Positions 23,144 to 33,031 of a stretch of 64,000 nucleotides of DNA are shown piece after piece (the first letter of the stretch is position 1; each line of letters opens with the position of its first letter). The stretch is from an uncultured Gemmatimonadaceae bacterium. GTDB taxonomy: Bacteria > Gemmatimonadota > Gemmatimonadetes > Gemmatimonadales > Gemmatimonadaceae. Location of the stretch: positions 384,001 to 448,000 of the forward strand of contig CAWHHI010000011.1 in assembly GCA_963829055.1 (NCBI GenBank). Direction: 5' to 3'. The notes under the pieces are model-generated. The model did no database searches. It was not told the DNA's origin and saw nothing but the letters and a program-made list of their open reading frames with translations. The position numbers and the translations under genes are program-made.

Positions 23144-23508
23144 ATGCCAACCGTGCTGTATGTCGACGACGACCCTGCGGTCCGCATGGTCGTTCGCCGC
23201 CAACTCGAGTACCACGGACTCCAGGTGTATACCGCCGAGGGCGTCCGAGAGGCGAAGGAGCGCATCGAGCAGATGCCGCCCGACGGCCTGTTCATCGACA
23301 TCTGGCTCGGTGACGGTACCGCGTTCGAGCTGCACGCGTGGCTGCAGGAGCATCATCCCGCGCTCGTCGAAGCGGGTGGTCTTCGTGAGCGGCGACGTCC
23401 CGGGCGACACGAGCTGGTCCCACACCCACCGCGCTCGGCTGTCCGGTCCTCGGCAAGCCGCTCGATGTGCCGGCGATGGTGCGTCTCGCACAGGAGTGGG
23501 ATGGATAG
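23144..23508 (+). CDS. Single-domain response regulator (receiver only; indels)
   Basis: 'TVLYVDDD', 'LFIDIWLGDG', 'VVFVSGD', 'VLGKPLD'. Confidence 0.8.
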
Positions 23509-24754
23509 ACGCCGAGCGAGTCCTGGCGCCGCGTGCCTGCCGGCAGCAACGTCCTCGATCCTCGCACGACTCGCGTCGGCGGCTCGCCGCTTCCACCCTC
23601 GGCGGAGCGACGGCTGCGCAGACAGTCAGCCAGGAACACCCTCGTTCGCGCGAGGCCTGTGGCGCATTGCCGCCGCCGACGTCTCGAGCGGCAACCGGGT
23701 CACGCTGCTCCGCAACGGACCGGCGACGTTCGAGGCGATGCTCGCGCTGATCGACGGCGCGGAGCGGTCGGTGAGCCTCGAGGGGTACATCTTCCGGAGC
23801 GACGAGGTAGGCCAGCAGTTCGCCGACGCGCTCGTTGCCGCAGCGATGCGGGGCGTGAAGCGTGCGTCTGCTGGTCGACTGGATCGGCCGCATGGGGACG
23901 CCGATACTCGTTCTTCAACACCATGCGCGCCGCGCGGCGTCGACGTGCGGATCTTCAATCCGCCGGGATTCCGCCGCTGGCTCGGACTCGTGCCGCGCGA
24001 TCACCGAAAGCTGCTCGTCGTCGACGACCGCGCGGGCGTGACCGGCGGCATTGGCATCGGTCGCGAGTGGAAGACCGGCGTGCTCAAGCGGCGTCGTGCG
24101 CCGTGGCGCGACACGGCGGTGCTGATCGAGGGCGCCGCCGCGAACGACATGATTCAGGCGTTCGAGCGGATGTGGCGACGCGCGACGGGCAAGGAGCGTC
24201 GCGGCTCGCATCGCCATCTCACGCGGCCCGCGCGATCGACCCACCTCGATCCGAGCGTGCATCCGCCTGCGCTGGTCGGCATCATCGAAGGCGAGCCCGG
24301 CCGGTTCCGGGTCTCGCGCGCACTTCAGATCCAGGCTGTGTCGGCCGAGCGGTCGATCTGGATCGCGAGCGCGTACTTCACGCCGAGCTCATCGGAGGTC
24401 GAGGCGCTGACGGGCGCGGCGCGCGACGGGGTGGACGTGCGGGTGCTCGTGCCGAGCCGGTACGATCACCCGTGGATTCGACTCGCCACACGGCACTTCT
24501 ACCGCCGTTTGCTGCTGAACGGGGTACGGATCTGGGAGTGGCGCGGCGAGATGATGCACGCGAAGACGAGCGTGGTGGACGGTCGCTGGACGCGCATCGG
24601 CTCGACCGATTTCAACCCGCTGGGTATCGCCATCAACTTCGAGCTCGACGCGGTCATCGAAGACCGCGTCCTCGGCGCGCAGGCGGAGGCGATGTTCCTC
24701 GAGGACCTCGAGCAATCGAAGGAGATCACGATCAACATGGCAGCCGCACGATGA
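23501..24754 (+). CDS. cls: Cardiolipin synthase (ClsB-like phospholipase D) (indels)
   Basis: Two HKD motifs 'DHRKLLVVDD' and 'MHAKTSVVDG'; also 'GNRVTLLRNG', 'WRDT', 'GSTDFN'. Confidence 0.88.
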   Translation: MDRRRASPGAACLPAATSSILARLASAARRFHPRRSDGCADSQPGTPSFARGLWRIAAADVSSGNRVTLLRNGPATFEAMLALIDGAERSVSLEGYIFRSDEVGQQFADALVAAAMRGVKRASAGRLDRPHGDADTRSSTPCAPRGVDVRIFNPPGFRRWLGLVPRDHRKLLVVDDRAGVTGGIGIGREWKTGVLKRRRAPWRDTAVLIEGAAANDMIQAFERMWRRATGKERRGSHRHLTRPARSTHLDPSVHPPALVGIIEGEPGRFRVSRALQIQAVSAERSIWIASAYFTPSSSEVEALTGAARDGVDVRVLVPSRYDHPWIRLATRHFYRRLLLNGVRIWEWRGEMMHAKTSVVDGRWTRIGSTDFNPLGIAINFELDAVIEDRVLGAQAEAMFLEDLEQSKEITINMAAAR

Positions 24755-26282
24755 AGCCACTGGCTCGACGCCTCAGCCGGCAGCGAACGCTCTCGTTCGT
24801 GCTGGTGGCGGCGTGCGCTGGCCCGACGGAAGCGCAGCTGCCGGCGCAGGCGTCGAAGTCCGCCGCCACGACGGTGCGCGTCGAGGTGAACGCCGCCGCG
24901 GCGCATCAGGTGATGGAGGGGTTCGGCGCGACGACCGCGTCGCTCATCTATCAGAACGGCGCCGACGACAAGGTGCCGGCGGCGCTCCGCACGCGCGCCG
25001 TGCAGGCGGTGTATCGGCGACGTCAAGCCTGACGCTCGGCAACGTGTCGCTCGGCCAGTGGGAACCGGCGAACGATGACGCGGACCCGATGCATCTGAAC
25101 GAGCCGGCGTTCGAGGTGGCGGGGCTGCAAGCGGTCAACGAGAAGCTGCTGGCGCCGGCGCGCGCGTTAGGCGCCGATGGGCTCTACCCCGGCAACGTCA
25201 TCAGCATGGACGCGACCGAGTGGCTCAAGCCGCTCCGCGCGAGTTCGAACTACAATCGCTACATCGACGAGTGCGCCGAGTACGTGGTGAGCGCGGTGCT
25301 CAAGTGGCGGGACGTGACGGGCCAGATTCCGCGTTACCACGCACTGTTCAACGAAGCGATCTGGGGAAATCAGGAGCTCAAGGGCGGGAACACCGAAGGA
25401 GATCATCGGACATCATCAAGCGCGCCGGAGCGCAGACTGCGCTCGGCCGGTATGCCGACCAGGTTCGTGATCGCGTCGGAGTACTCTGCCGCGCAGTCGG
25501 CGGCGCTGTCGAAGGAGATTCTCGCCGACCCGGACGCGAGGCAGTACGTGGGCGCGATCGGGTATCACCCGTACCCGTACGGGTCGGCCTACTCGAGCAT
25601 GCCGGTGATTCTCGCCGGCGCGGGTGCGGGTCGTCCGGATCCGGCCGCGCTCGCGGATCGCCGGCGCTTCGCGACCTCGGGCGCCAGTACAACGTTCCGG
25701 TGTGGATGACGGAGGTGTCGCACGGCGAGCTCGATCCGCGGACGATGGACGCGCTGCGCGCGCGGGCGATCCAGATTCACGATGAGCTGGCGTACGCGGA
25801 TGCGAGCGCGTTCTTCGGCATGCACGCGATGTGGGACAGCAAGTCGAACTCGGAGCACTTCGGTGCGGGGCGGTCGCTGCTCAAGGAGGAGGACACGATC
25901 GTGCTGATCGACGTCGACGCCTCGTCGGTGTTGATCACGGGGACGGGGTATGCGATCGGGCACTACGCGCGGTGGGTGCAGCGCGGCGCGTTGCGGGTGG
26001 AGGCGACGAGCGACGATCCGCTGGTGATGGTGAGCGCGTTCACGAACCGGAAGACGTGGCAAGGCGTCGTTCGTGATCATCAACAAGCGATGCGGCGTCG
26101 AAGACGGTGCGCGTGCACGTGAGCGGGGCTGACGTTCACGGGGCCGTTGACGGGCGAGCAGTCGTCGGGCGACGCGCGGTGGAAGGCGTTAGGCGCGGTG
26201 GCGCTGGATGGGGATGCGAAGGACGCGTTCGTGGTTACGGTGCCGGGGAAGTAGCGTCACATCCCTGGGTGGTAAGTACTGA
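24751..26282 (+). CDS. Glycoside hydrolase, GH30-like, putative lipoprotein (indels)
   Basis: Lipobox-like 'VAAC'; 'HQVMEGFGA', acid/base 'LFNEA', 'AIGYHPY', nucleophile 'VWMTEVS', 'GHYARWVQRGALRV'. Confidence 0.7.
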
Positions 26283-26296
26283 AAGATCAACTGCCG

Positions 26297-26337
26297 GCTG
26301 GTTGCTGGGTGCTCGTGCTGGTGGCTGGGTGACGCTG
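26297..26337. repeat. Dispersed 41-bp repeat (copy of 45532-45572)
   Basis: GCTGGTTGCTGGGTGCTCGTGCTGGTGGCTGGGTGACGCTG; 40/41 identical to 45532-45572. Confidence 0.85.
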
Positions 26338-26361
26338 AGTGCCGACGGCGTCAGGTAGATG

Positions 26362-26398
26362 CGAGAACCCCGGGGCTGAGCTCCCGGGGTTCTCGTTT
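26362..26398. terminator. Intrinsic terminator-like hairpin between convergent genes
   Basis: CGAGAACCCCGGG...CCCGGGGTTCTCG stem followed by TTT. Confidence 0.7.
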
Positions 26399-26414
26399 GG
26401 CAGACCAGTGAGCG

Positions 26415-29400
26415 CTACTTGTCGTGGATCTCGATGCTGCCGCCGCCGAGCGTGGTGGTCGGGTGCAGTCGATCGGGCGCGCCGATCTGGTTGTCGTAGA
26501 CGACCGCGTCGCCGTTGTTCTTGTTCCAGATCTTCATGCGGAACGTGTCCGCGCCGCTTCCCTTCGACGTCGCCGTCGATCGCGGTGAGCATGAAGCCGT
26601 AGTCGCCGCCGCCGTTGATCGTGCCGATGCCCTTGAACTGCGCCTTCGTGCCGGCGACCACGAGCCATTCGTAGTGCCGTCGCTCTTGAAGTTCATGTTG
26701 CCAGCCTGGAACTGGAACTCGGTGTTCCCGTCCGGCGTGCTCTGGCCCTTCTTGTACTTCGAGACGAAGCCGAAGTTGGCCTTGCCGGTCGAGCGACGGG
26801 TTCGGCGCACGTACGCGCCGGCCGGTGAGTTGATCCAGCCGCCGCCGGTCACGAAGCCGCCGTTCGGGTCGTAGACGACGACGTAGTACTCGAACGTCTT
26901 CGTATCGACGTGCGTGATCGGGAAGTTGTCCTGCTTCACGGTCACCGTGACGATGTACACGCCGGCGCCGGAGTAGGTCTTCGTGCCTGAGATCGTGCCC
27001 GGTGTAGTGAACGTGCTCATCGCTGTTCGAGCCGTTGCCCCAATCGATCGTCGCCGTGTACGGCTGGCTTGCTGCGACGTCGAGCGTCAGTGAACGGCGC
27101 GCTGACGATGACTGGCGTCGCCGACCGCCGTCGGAAGCTAGCGGGCGCGGTGAATCAGCACCGAGCACCGGCTTCGCGTTCGCTGTGACGGTCAGCGTGC
27201 CGTTGGTCAGCGTCGGCGTGTAGTTCGCCGAGTCTTGTTCGTCGGGATCAAGGAGCGCTGGGACGATCGGATACGTACCCGGCGGCGACAGCGTGACCGC
27301 GGTGGTGCTGTACGTCGCGGTAATGTTGTCGGCAGAACTGCACACCGACCATGGTACCAGCTGAACGCCGGATTCACGGCGCCCGCGATCTTCGACTTGT
27401 TCGCGGCCGTGACGGTCAGCGCGCGCTGGCGTGATCGTCAGGTTCGCGCCGACGTAGCGTGAGCGCGTAGTTCGGCGTCGAGCGCGACGCGTGCCCTGGT
27501 TGATCGCGTAGCATCCCGACGTTCTCGCCGGCGACGCGTGTCAGCGTACCGCGAGAACGCATCGCTGAAGGCGAGCGAGCCCGCTCGTGATCTGGTACGT
27601 GAGCGCGGGATCGCGCATTGCCGTACGTCTTCGTCTTCGCGTCGGCGGTGATCGTGACGGCGCGCTGGCGTGATCGTGAGGTTGGCGCCGACGAACGTCA
27701 GCGCGTAGTTCGAGCCAGCGCCAGCGTTCCCTGCTTGATCGCGTACGTGCCGACGTTCTCGCCGGCTACGCGCGTCAGCGCGCCGCTGAAGGCGTCGCTG
27801 AAGGCGAGACTAGCCGGTGGTGATCTGGTACGTGAGCGCCGGATCGGCATCGCCGTAGACCTTCGTCTTCGGCATCGGCGGTGACGGTGATCGGGCGCTG
27901 CGTGATCGTGAGATCGGCGCCCGCGTACGTGAGGTCGTAGTTCGCCGCCGGCGGTAACGCGTACCCTGCGTGAATCGCGTACGTGCCGACGTTCTCGCCG
28001 GCGACACGCGTCAGCGCTACCGCGTGAACGCGTCGCCGATGACGAGCGATTGCCGGTCGTGACCTGGTAGGTGAGGCGCAGGGTCGGCGTTGCCATACAC
28101 CTTGGTCTTCGGATCGGCGGTGATCGCGATCGGCCGCTTCGTGATCGTCAGGTTCGCGCCGACATACGTGAGCGTGTAGTTCGTGCGTCACCGCGAGCGT
28201 ACCCTGCTTGATCGCGTAGCTGCCGACGTTCTCGCCCGGCGACGCGCGTCAGCGTACCGGTGAGCGTCGGTCTGTCGAACGCGAGCGAGCCGACTGTGAT
28301 CTGGTACGTCAGCGCCGGGTCCGCGTTGCCGTACACCTTCGTCTTCGTGTTCGCCGTGACCGTGATCGGCCGCGGCGTGATCGTGAGGTTTGCTCCGACG
28401 AACGTGAGGTCGTAGTTCGCGCTCAGCGCGAGCGATGCCCTGTGTGAATCGCGTACGTACCGACGTTCTCGCCGGCAGCACGCGCCAGCGCTACCAGTGA
28501 ACGCGTCGCCGAATGCGAGACTACCACTCGTGACCTGGTAGGTGAGCGCCGGATCGGCGTCGCCGTAGACCTTCGACTTCGCGTCGGCGGTGACGGTGAT
28601 CGCACGCGTCGGTGATCGTGAGGTTCGCGCCGACGTAACGTGAGCGTGTAGTTCGGGCCGGCGGTCAGCGTGCCTTGTGTGATCGCGTACGTACCGACGG
28701 ACTCGCCCGCGAGTGCGCGACAGGCTCCCGTGAAGGCATCGCCGCCGACCAGCGCTCCGGTTGTCACCTGATAGGTGAAGGTGGGATCGGCGTCGCCGTA
28801 GACCTTCGTCTTCGGGTCGGCAGTGACGGTGATCGCGCGCGTGTGATCGACAGGTTCGGCGGAACGAACGTGAGGTCGTAGTTGGTGCCAGCGCCAGCGT
28901 GCCCTGCAGATCGCGTACGTGCCGACGTTTTCGCCCGCGACTCGCGTGAGCGCGCCGTGAGATCGCGTCGCTCCCGACGCAAGTGACCCGATCGTGATCT
29001 GATAGGTGAGCGCAGGATCCGCGTCGCCGTAGACCTTCGACTTCGCGTCGGCGGTGACGGTGATCGGGCGCCTGGTGATCGTGAGGTCTCGCTCCGACGA
29101 ACGTGAGGAGTAGTTGGCGTTGAGCGCGAGCGTTCCCTGATTGATCGCGTACGTGCCCACATTCTCACCGGCGACACGAGCGAGCGCCCCGCTGAAGGCG
29201 TCACCTGACGCGAGGGAGCCGGCGGTGATCTGGTAGGTGAGTACCGGGTCCGCGTCGCCGTACGTCTTCGACTTCGCGTCGGCGGTGACGGCAATGGCCC
29301 GTGTGGTGATCGTCAGGTTCGCACCGGTAAATGCGAGCGCGTAGTTGGCGCCGGCGCTGAGTGTCCCCTGCGTGATCGCGTAGGCGCCAATGGCCTCTCC

Positions 29401-31993
29401 CGGCTGCTCGAGCGAGCGCGCCGGTGAACGCGTCAGTGGATGCGAGTGATCCAGCCGTCACCTGATAGGTGAGCGTCGGGTCGGCGTTGCCGTAGACTTT
29501 CGTCTGCGGGTCGGCGGTAACCGTGATCGGGCGAGTGGTGATCGTCAGGTTCGCCGATACGAATGCGAGGGTGTAGTTGGAACCTGCAGAGAGGGTTCCG
29601 ATCTGTGATCGCGTAGGTGCCGACGTTCTCACCTGCGACGCGGGTGAGCGCGCCAGTGAACGCGTCACCAGTCGGCGAGCGTCCCGGTCGTCAGCGTGTA
29701 GGTGAACGCCGGATCGGCGTCGCCGTACACCTTCGTGGCGGCGTCTGGCGGTGACAGTCAGCGGGCGAGCGGTGATCGTCAGGTTCGCGCCGACGTAGTT
29801 GAGCAGGTAGTTGGCACTCGGCGTGACGGTGCCCTGCAGAATCGCGTAGGTGCCGACGGGTTCGCCGGCCACACGCGTGAGCGCGCCAGTGACGGCGTCG
29901 CTGCCGACGAGTGGTCCGCCGCTCACGACGTAGGTCAGCGCCGGGATCGGCGTCCCCGTAGACCTTCGTCGGCGGCGTTGGCCGTGATCGTCAGCGGCCG
30001 CTGTGTGATCGTGAGGTTTGCGCCGACGTACGTGAGCGTGTAGTTGCGTTCACGCGCCAGCGTGCCCTGGTGGATCGCGAAGGTGCCGACGTTCTCACCG
30101 GCAGCTCGGGTGAGTGAACCGCTGAACGCATCGCCGCGGACGAGCGGACCGCCGCTCGTGATCTGATACGTCAGCGCCGGGTCGGCGTTGCCGTAGACCT
30201 TGGTCTGTGCGTCAGCGGTGACGGTGATTGCGCGCGTGTTGACCGTGCAGCGACTGCGCGCTGCTCGTTGCTGCCGAGGACTGCGCGCCCGCGATCGTCA
30301 CGGCGGCGATAGTCTCGTGCCGGCGGCTGGCTGTCGCCGGGCAGCGACGACGTTGACGATAGCGTTGCGACACTGATCGGCGTTCACTGGTCGTGCGGAG
30401 CCGATGGTCGGGCCCGCGTCGACCGTGAAGGTCACGGTCGCCGTGCCGACCGTGCGCCGACTCAGCTGTGCGCGTCAGGTCGAGACTGAGCGTTGCTGAC
30501 CTGCGCGTGAGCTCGTAAGGTCACCGACGTGGGCTCGACGCTGACAGCGGTTAGCGTAGTCGCTACGATCGCTGGAGCGCGGTGGTCTCGTTGCGGCCGC
30601 ACCGCTGCTGCTGCCGGTGAACCCAGCGTTGCCCGTGGGCGTCTGGCCAGACCGAGCGTCGAGTGCGTGAACGAGAACGCTGTTGAGCGCTGCCGGCGGG
30701 ATCGTCACGCTCGTCACGGCGATTCCGGCGCATCCGTTCCGGTAAACGTCGCCGGCGCACGTTGCGCTGAACGCGCCGGAAGCCCGCTGGCTGTGACAGT
30801 GGCGGTCACGAGCCATTTCCGTTGGCAGTTTCCCGAGTTGGTGACGCGTTGAAGCACCGTACGTCACGGAGTTGCCAGGCACGACGCGGCATTCGGCTGC
30901 CACGCAGCCGAGGACGCTGACACGTCTGGGTTGGCCGTCGGTGAACGTCGCTTGCGCACGCTGCCCACTGCTCTGTCCGACGGCCGTCAGGACGAAGCGG
31001 ACATCCAACGTCGTATTCCGCCGGGCGCGAAGTCCGTAGTTCGTGATGTTACCGCTCCCGTCAGCGGTGGCCGTCAGCTCCGTGTCCGCTTCGCGGAGCG
31101 GATCCATGTGCAGCGTCAGCCTCACCGTTTCGCCCGGCTGCCAACCAGTCCCGGTGATCATCACCGTCGTCGCCCGGCGCGTAGTCGTCCTTGTCGGTCC
31201 GGACCGTCGCGCCACTCGCGTTCCCGGCCTCCATCGTCACCAGCACGACCTGGCCACCCTGCGCCGTTCCCGTCTGACCAACGGCGTCCAGGCTCACTCC
31301 GGCGGCGCCGTTAGGCACCTGGAATCCGAACGTCGCCATGTTGTCGTACACGATCGGCCCAGCGCCCGACGTCAGAATCGTCGTCGCGCGCGGGTTCAGC
31401 GCGCGCACGCTGTTGTAGATCAGCAGCGCCGGATCCGACGTCACCGGCAGCGGCGTGATCGCCCGCACCCAGTCATAACGCGATCCTGACGTTCGCCGAC
31501 GCATCCAGCAGCGCCACGAGGCCCGGCCCCTTCGCCGCACCGAACGCGCCACCGGCCCAGCCGACCAGGTTCTGGATCAGCGCGTCCTTCATCGCCGCGA
31601 TTCGTCGCGCCCTGATCAGGACTCCCCGACCACATCGCGATCCGCCCGATCAGCGCCGCCTTGAGGTGCTCCACCACCTCCGGGTCGCGCAGCTTCGCGT
31701 ACGGCTGCGACGTCGCGCCATCGGCGAGCGACGGCACGACGAACACCGAATACGTGAACAGGTCGACCGTCTTGAGGTCGACCGTCCCGCCGGTGCCGTC
31801 GTAGCCGCGGTCCACGCCTAACGGGTAGGCCGGACCGGTCAAGGCATTGACGATGTTCGTTGCATCCGGTCGCGTCGACGGTCACCGGGCAGTACACGAG
31901 GGCTTTCTGGGCTCGTACGGCCGCTGGCATGGTGACCATGCCTAACGTGACGCCGACGAGCAGCGCGAGGCGCCGGGGGAGGAGTCGCATCAT
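26415..31993 (-). CDS. Large secreted repeat adhesin A: conserved N-domain, 12-13 MBG-like repeats, PKD-like domain, conserved C-terminal 'GGFVTGGGWI' domain (many indels)
   Basis: Signal peptide 'MMRLLPRRLALLVGVTLGMVTMPAAVRA'; about 233-bp units like 'RPITVTADAKSKVYGDADPALTYQIT.G.L..GDAFTGAL.R.AGENVGTYAI.QGTL....NY.LT.VGANLTIT' at about 27400-30240; 'TIDWGNG'; C-terminus 'VVYDPNGGFVTGGGWINSP..KANFGFVSKYKKG..LGGGSIEIHDK*'. Confidence 0.85.
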
Positions 31994-32028
31994 TGGGGAG
32001 GCGGGGATGAGCGGTCGGTCAGCGAAGA

Positions 32029-32312
32029 TCAGTTACACGTCTCTTTCACCAGCGCGTCGAGCGATCTTCACTCGGTGCTGTTGGACGCGTGTCGGCCGGT
32101 GCGGCATCGAGCTCCGTCTTCGCGACATCGCGCTCGGTGGCGTAGACGCGACAGATCGTCGAACCACCAGAGATGTCCGCGGCTGTCGCAGACGCCTGTG
32201 CGGCCATCGGCGCGACGACCGGTGCCGTCGGGCCTACCCCGGGCTTCGCTTGCTCGTCGTCGCACGACGCGACGAAGAGAACTGCAATCAGAAGAGGGAT
32301 CGTGCGTTTCAT
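32029..32312 (-). CDS. Small lipoprotein A (paralog of 38564-38848; indels)
   Basis: 'MKRTIPLLIAVLFVASC' lipobox; 'GGSTICRVYATERDVAK'; reconstructed end 'KSLDALVKETCN*'. Confidence 0.8.
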
Positions 32313-32361
32313 TGGAGCTCCCACGACAATCAGAGTTGCCGACCGCGCGTCGGCGAACGCC

Positions 32362-32446
32362 TTTTCGGTAGCTGGGCGGTCTCCTAACGCGGGAGATCCC
32401 TGGCTTTGCGGACCGGCCTCGCGACCGGGGTGCCTTTGTCGAATGG
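32362..32446 (-). ncRNA. Cyclic di-GMP-I (GEMM-I)-like riboswitch
   Basis: Minus strand UUCGACAAAGGCACCCCGGUC-GCGA-GGCCGGUCCGCAAAGCCAGGGAUCUCC...GGAGACCGCCCAGCUACCGAA: GGCA, GNRA-capped P2, CGCAAAGC junction, P3, GCUACCG 3' motif and a UUCG/CGAA P1; about 50 nt upstream of lipoprotein A. Confidence 0.78.
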
Positions 32447-32949
32447 AACGGAAGACAACGGCGATGATCGAGCGCGACGTGCGCCGGTCATCGTGACTAC
32501 TCGAGCGTGTGTGCCTGACGAGTGGAGCGCTCGGCGACAGCCCGGCGGCGATCTCCGCTAGTCAGAGCGGCACGGAGAGAAGGCAACCCGCGCACCGCCG
32601 GCGGACGTGCGTCGTGTCCGTACCGTCAACCGCAGGGAATGCATGCGGTTGTGGGTGATCGCTTGGGGCACTAACCAAATCGGCGGCAGCGGGTGCCGGC
32701 GACGGCGCTGTTGCGCCGCCGCGCACGCGTCGTGGGTGCGCTGCCACACGTTCGCGACGCGCGAGGCGTGTCAAACCCCGTTCGGAGGTCCGCGGAGCGC
32801 GCGGACGATCTGTCCGAACGTACGCTGCCAACGTGACCGGGCGGCCGCGCGGGCGACGGCGAGTCGCTCGTGGTAACAGCGGTTCGTGGGTGGCGACCGC
32901 AGTTGTTAGGCGGCCGGCCGCACGCACGGAACAGGGCGTGGATGCACGA

Positions 32950-32993
32950 ATCCCCTACGAGGCGCCCCCTTTCGTGCGGCTCTCGTAGGGGAT
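32950..32993. terminator. Hairpin downstream of adhesin B (terminator or GTAG-type REP)
   Basis: ATCCCCTACGAG/CTCGTAGGGGAT perfect 12-bp stem. Confidence 0.55.
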
Positions 32994-33031
32994 CGTCGCT
33001 GCCGGACCCCGGCAGCGATGCCTATCGTGCG

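Noticed and set aside
23072..24754. 560-aa receiver-phospholipase D fusion in the ORF track
   Set aside because: The fusion arises from indels; the receiver completes in another frame and stops at 23508.
27400..30240. Regular ~233-bp repeats as a CRISPR array or DGR template/variable pair
   Set aside because: They are degenerate coding repeats of an MBG-like domain, with no constant repeat-spacer structure and no cas or reverse transcriptase gene.
32450..32940. ORFs or a further ncRNA in the spacer between the adhesin modules
   Set aside because: The ORFs are Arg/Ala-rich shadow frames and I recognise no RNA motif; a TTGACA on the minus strand near 32770 lacks a convincing -10 element.
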